64,000 nt of DNA from the human T2T-CHM13v2.0 reference genome, Homo sapiens. Of this stretch, positions 59,081-64,000 are shown one piece after another (position 1 is the stretch's first letter; every line of letters begins with the position of its first letter). The position numbers and the translations under genes are program-made. The notes beneath the pieces are model-generated. The model saw only the letters and a list, made by a program, of their open reading frames with translations, did not search any database and was not told the origin of the DNA. Location: the NCBI RefSeq assembly GCF_009914755.1, contig NC_060932.1. One strand, written 5' to 3'.

Positions 59081-61454
59081 AAGAAGCCCTTGCGGAATCA
59101 GCACACAGCACTTGCCATGCATGTTTAACTCTCCATCATTATTTCAGCAACATTCCAATAACAGAGTTTTCTTTGAAATCACATGATTTTAATAGTATTG
59201 TATAAAGTCAAATCGACATAGCAAGACTTGAACATGACCATGACTTACTACCGGGCCTCAGGCCCCCTTGGTTGTAATGTGTTCCCTGGGCTAATTTTTC
59301 TTATGTTGAAAATAAGTTTTGAGTTTCAACATTTTTCAACCATGATTCAGATATCATCCTTAACTTTAGTGATTATCCTAAGGCTCTTAAAAAACCCAAT
59401 ACTGAAAACTAGAGACTGTATCATACAGCTCTGCCTAAAGTGTGGTGGAAATTCCCATGGTGTAGGTAGCTTTTTGGTCTGAAAACTGAGGCTTTTTGTG
59501 GGCTTAGGATGTCCTTTGCCTGCTGATTCTTTTGGGGACTCCATATGACTTACCGCCTTGCTAGGACATTTCAAGCACTTACCACATAGTTGTTACATAA
59601 CAATAAAATGAATATAAATATCATTATTGTTGCTTACCTTTCCCTGATTTTGAAGTGAGGAAGATAATGAGGAAATATGAGGCAATGGAAAAAGGGCAGC
59701 TTTATATGGCAACATCCTAAACTTCATTGGCATAGAACACATCTGGCGCCCAAAACCAGCTTGCTATTGGCAGCATTAACTTAGATGTTAGGCAAATTAT
59801 GGAAGATAAGTAGATATTCACCACTCAGGTCAGGTCTAAGAGAACCTTGACATCCTAGATGGAGTAGAGGCAGAGGATGAGAGAGAGAGAGATAAACGGA
59901 GAGAAACTAACTGTAGAAATTTAGTATTTGGCCTTGGAAAAGTCACTCTTTTGACATTCAAATTAATATGTATTAATTTATTTCTAATCTATAAAGTAAG
60001 TAAATCTGACAGATGACCCATGAGTTCTGTTTCTGTTCTCTCATTTATCTCAACTTTGCTTTATTTTAAGGCTTCATCCACTGTGCTGCCAATTTAGAAA
60101 TTATTCATTTCTGGTTATCTAAAAATTGTCTTCTCTTATATTTTGCAGCTGTAAGAAGCAACATGGACAACGCATTACACTAGAAAAGTAAGTAGATTTG
60201 TAATCAGTTGTTCTTCCCCAGCTCTACCATCAGCATACATGTTGTCTGCCCTGGTGGGCTCTGGTTTTCCCACGCAAAGAAGAAAGTCAACAGTTTAGCA
60301 TTTTTATTTTAGGATTGTCTCCAAATTTTGCTGATTAAAAATTTTGCCATATTTCCATATTTTTACAAATAAAAAGTTGTTCATTTTAATTATTTAGACA
60401 ATTTATAATGTTTTTTTAATCTAGATGGTTTTAACTGTGTATAAAGATTTCTGCAAAAGGTCAGTTGGCCAGCTTTTCTTTTGCTATTGTAACAGCTAAT
60501 TAGGAAACATTCACTAGTTTCTGCCCAGCTCCCTGAGGCTGGATCTTGAAACCCTTGAAACACACAGAGTGAGGAGCCCCTCTGCTGGCAGAAAGACAGA
60601 CCAGAGATTCAGTGCAAAGCACTACGTCTGGCCCTGCCAAGAACAGAGAAGCTTTGATGCAGAGAGATCTCAGAGACAGAACTGGGGAAAGCCAGGGGAA
60701 GAAGAAAGATGTGAAAGTGCTGATGTCCTCAAATCAAAGTTCCACACCCTTCACTTTAGCCTTGCCAATCCAACTCACATGAATTGCTGCAGACCCCATA
60801 AGTAGACTGAGATACAGACTTGGGTAAACTTGATGAATTTAGATGAGCTGGTTGTTTGGGTATAGAGAGGAAAAGTATTGCATTGGTTAGTTTGCATTGT
60901 ACCAGTAGAAATAGGAATTAAAGGAGGTAGGATGGTGTTCAGAAAGTTTTACAGAATAGGCAATTTTTGACCCGATTTTTGCCACATGAAGTTGGAAAAG
61001 TGGATTCAAAAGGAAAGTAATAAATAATTTTGATTGTGGGAATAGAATATATTCCAGATTGCGGTAGATGATTGGAGTGAGATGGAGTAAGATTTTACAT
61101 AGACCATCCAGTAAAAACATTATTGCAATATGTCATCAGGGATAAACTGACACAGGAGGCTTCATGTTGCCTTGTGCAGGCTAATAAGAGATTTATTTAG
61201 AAGACAGTCAAAGGTGACACGGCTTATAACGTAGTCCCACATCACAAAGAAAGGAATATTAAAAACAGGAACAAATATGGGAAAGAAATTATTTCTAGTT
61301 TGAATTTGTTAATTATGAAGTTATGGGATACACTGAAAAAGTTGATGAACTATCAATCAGTTAGTGACCCGGCTATAGAACTATCTCAAACTTTTCCAGC
61401 ATTCAGGTATAATTATTGGAAATGATTATATTCTTTGAAAAGACAGGCTTTTAG

Positions 61455-61892
<438 letters not shown>

Positions 61893-62240
61893 TAGCCTTG
61901 TATTATACCAACAAAGGGGCTTAAGATTAGAAAGGAGCTCAATTCAATGGTCTGTGAACACCCTGGGTTAATAAGATGACTTTTTTCTGGCTAAAATAGA
62001 ATTTTCACTTCCATAGCAGGTCTCAAGATATTCCAACAGATTCCAATAGATAAAACCAGTGAGTTGGGCAAGAAAATTCTTCATGTTCAGTTTTCTCAAT
62101 TACCACCAGGTGTGTCAAGCTGGTTCTCTTTCCACCGCATTCTGAAAACCTTTAGTTTTATATGCATTTCTATGAATATATCATCTAAAGCAATCATTTT
62201 GCTGTTGAAAGTCTACTAGTTTTTCTAAGATCTGAAAACT

Positions 62241-62332
62241 AAAATATATGTGTAAAATATATGTGTAAAAACTTAAGCCCTATTGTGGTGGTATTAAGAG
62301 GTGAGGCATTTGGGGAAGTGATTAAGTCATCA
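62241..62332 (+). mobile_element. Short MaLR (MLT1A/MST) LTR fragment
   Basis: tgtggtggtattaagaggtgaggcatttggggaagtgattaagtcat. Confidence 0.6.
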
Positions 62333-63967
62333 ATTCTGATATGAATTTCATGCCAGAAAAGCCCACCATTCATTTCAACTTTTTCTTTCACAGGTGAGAA
62401 CACTCATATACCCTGATAGGTTCAGTCATACTACCAGCAGATATCTAAGATAGATCCTTTTAGGCTGTTTTCAATGTTTTAAATCATCTTTGTCCTGTTT
62501 CTTGCAGTTCTTTCCACATCCCCTCTGCCCTACTTAAATTGTTGTGTGCTGAGTCAGTCATGAATGTCTAACAGAACTAATTGAATGGAATGCTATGGGA
62601 CTATGGGATTATGTTCAACATTTCTCTCTGTCACTTTCTGTTTTTGTTTTGTAAATGATGCTGTCTCATAATTTATTACATTTGTAAATCAGGTATGACC
62701 TATCTTTGAACACCTAAATCTCTCCCTGTTATCAAATAATATTTAGGCAATGCTCAGGCTGGGAAGCTCTGTGTGATGCTCACTACAGCCCAGAAGCTAA
62801 ACACACCAGGTATTATCATTCTAATCAAAATAGTGAAAAAACAGGCAATGTTCTTTGCCTGTCTAAATAAAATCTTTACTTTTAAGTCCAATGAAAGATT
62901 ATTTTCTTCTTTTCCCAGAAAAGAAATTTTAGCCTTATTTTATTGAATCTCATCCCAGTGGCTGAGGTTTTTTTTACAAGCTTGCTCATAAGTTTTCTGT
63001 TGTTTCCCATTCACTAACATCCGAAACACTCACTCATTACTCCACCCCAAGGGACTTCTCGGGAAATATCAGACTGCAGCATATGGCAGCCACTGGGGCC
63101 CAACCCAGACTCTGCTTTTCCATATTACTGCCTATACATTGTGAGTGTCACGAAGAGAGCAGAGCTCTGCCACACTTTTCTTAATGGATAAAGGTAAAAC
63201 AATCATAAAAAGGAAAGATATTGACCACAAAATATACTGTTCTAGACAGGATTGTTAACACTGTTCAAAACCACTGAAGTGAGACAATCTACAAGTACTC
63301 TCCACCTCTATCTTGCAAGCTTACAGTGCATGGCTCTCATCTCTCAGCCATGGGGTGGGGTTGGCTGCATGTGCCATCAGTTGGATTGTTATTCCTGGGA
63401 ATCCAGACCTTACTTCTACAACATGTAGTTTTGAGCTAAAGGAGGTCCCTATAAGACTGTCCAAGAATGGCCCAGAGGCGTGCACAATCTTTCCTACCAT
63501 TTCTCAGCACACTGGAGGCATGTCCATTCAGCACATCTGCTGTGCCCGCCTGCCAGAGAAGGGCCCAGCTAACCTACTTCTCTGAGCCTTTGGAATTTTT
63601 TTTAGTTTATTTACTTCTGTTGATTATAAAATAGAATTGAAAATTTAAAAAGAAAAGGGTAAAAAAAGTAATTGTAATTACCCAAAGCCCAAACTACTCA
63701 GAATTAACTGTTATAAAAATTTTAATGCATATGGCTTCTCTCCCTCTTTTTTCTCTTTTACTGGAAGTGACAGAGAATATGTATGGTACATTATAAATAT
63801 TACATATAGGTCAGGGTGATGGAAGGAGAATTTGGGGATGTGGGTAGAAATTACACATTTTTAAATATTTTATTTTCCCAAGACATAAAAAAATGTACAA
63901 AAAGGGTTAGTATATTTTACTTATTGATAAAATGTACATATCAGGATATTGACCTCAAAATTTTTAA

Positions 63968-64000
63968 TTTTCTTTTTTTCTTTTTTGAGACAAAGTCTCA
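63968..64000 (-). mobile_element. Alu 3' end, running off the window edge
   Basis: T-rich tail followed by tgagacaaagtctca. Confidence 0.8.

Overview
AT-rich, CpG-poor primate genomic DNA, almost certainly human because it carries an AluYa5 with all five diagnostic positions. The window is dominated by interspersed repeats: about 25 Alu/FRAM copies, L1 and L2 fragments, MIRs, MaLR and ERV-L LTRs, a degenerate ERV-L internal segment, and Tigger3, MER5, MER58 and hAT DNA transposon relics. I found no protein-coding exon, RNA gene or CpG island that I can support; the supplied ORFs are Alu-derived or chance. The most notable non-routine structures are a ~230-bp locally templated insertion flanked by 22-bp direct repeats (2507-2798, donor 3901-4122), a second short templated patch, perfected hairpins, a young 5'-truncated AluYa5 forming an inverted Alu pair, and a dense G-quadruplex tract. 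I see no evidence of a novel multi-gene system. Repeat subfamily names come from recalled consensus sequences, and boundaries of old repeats are approximate.
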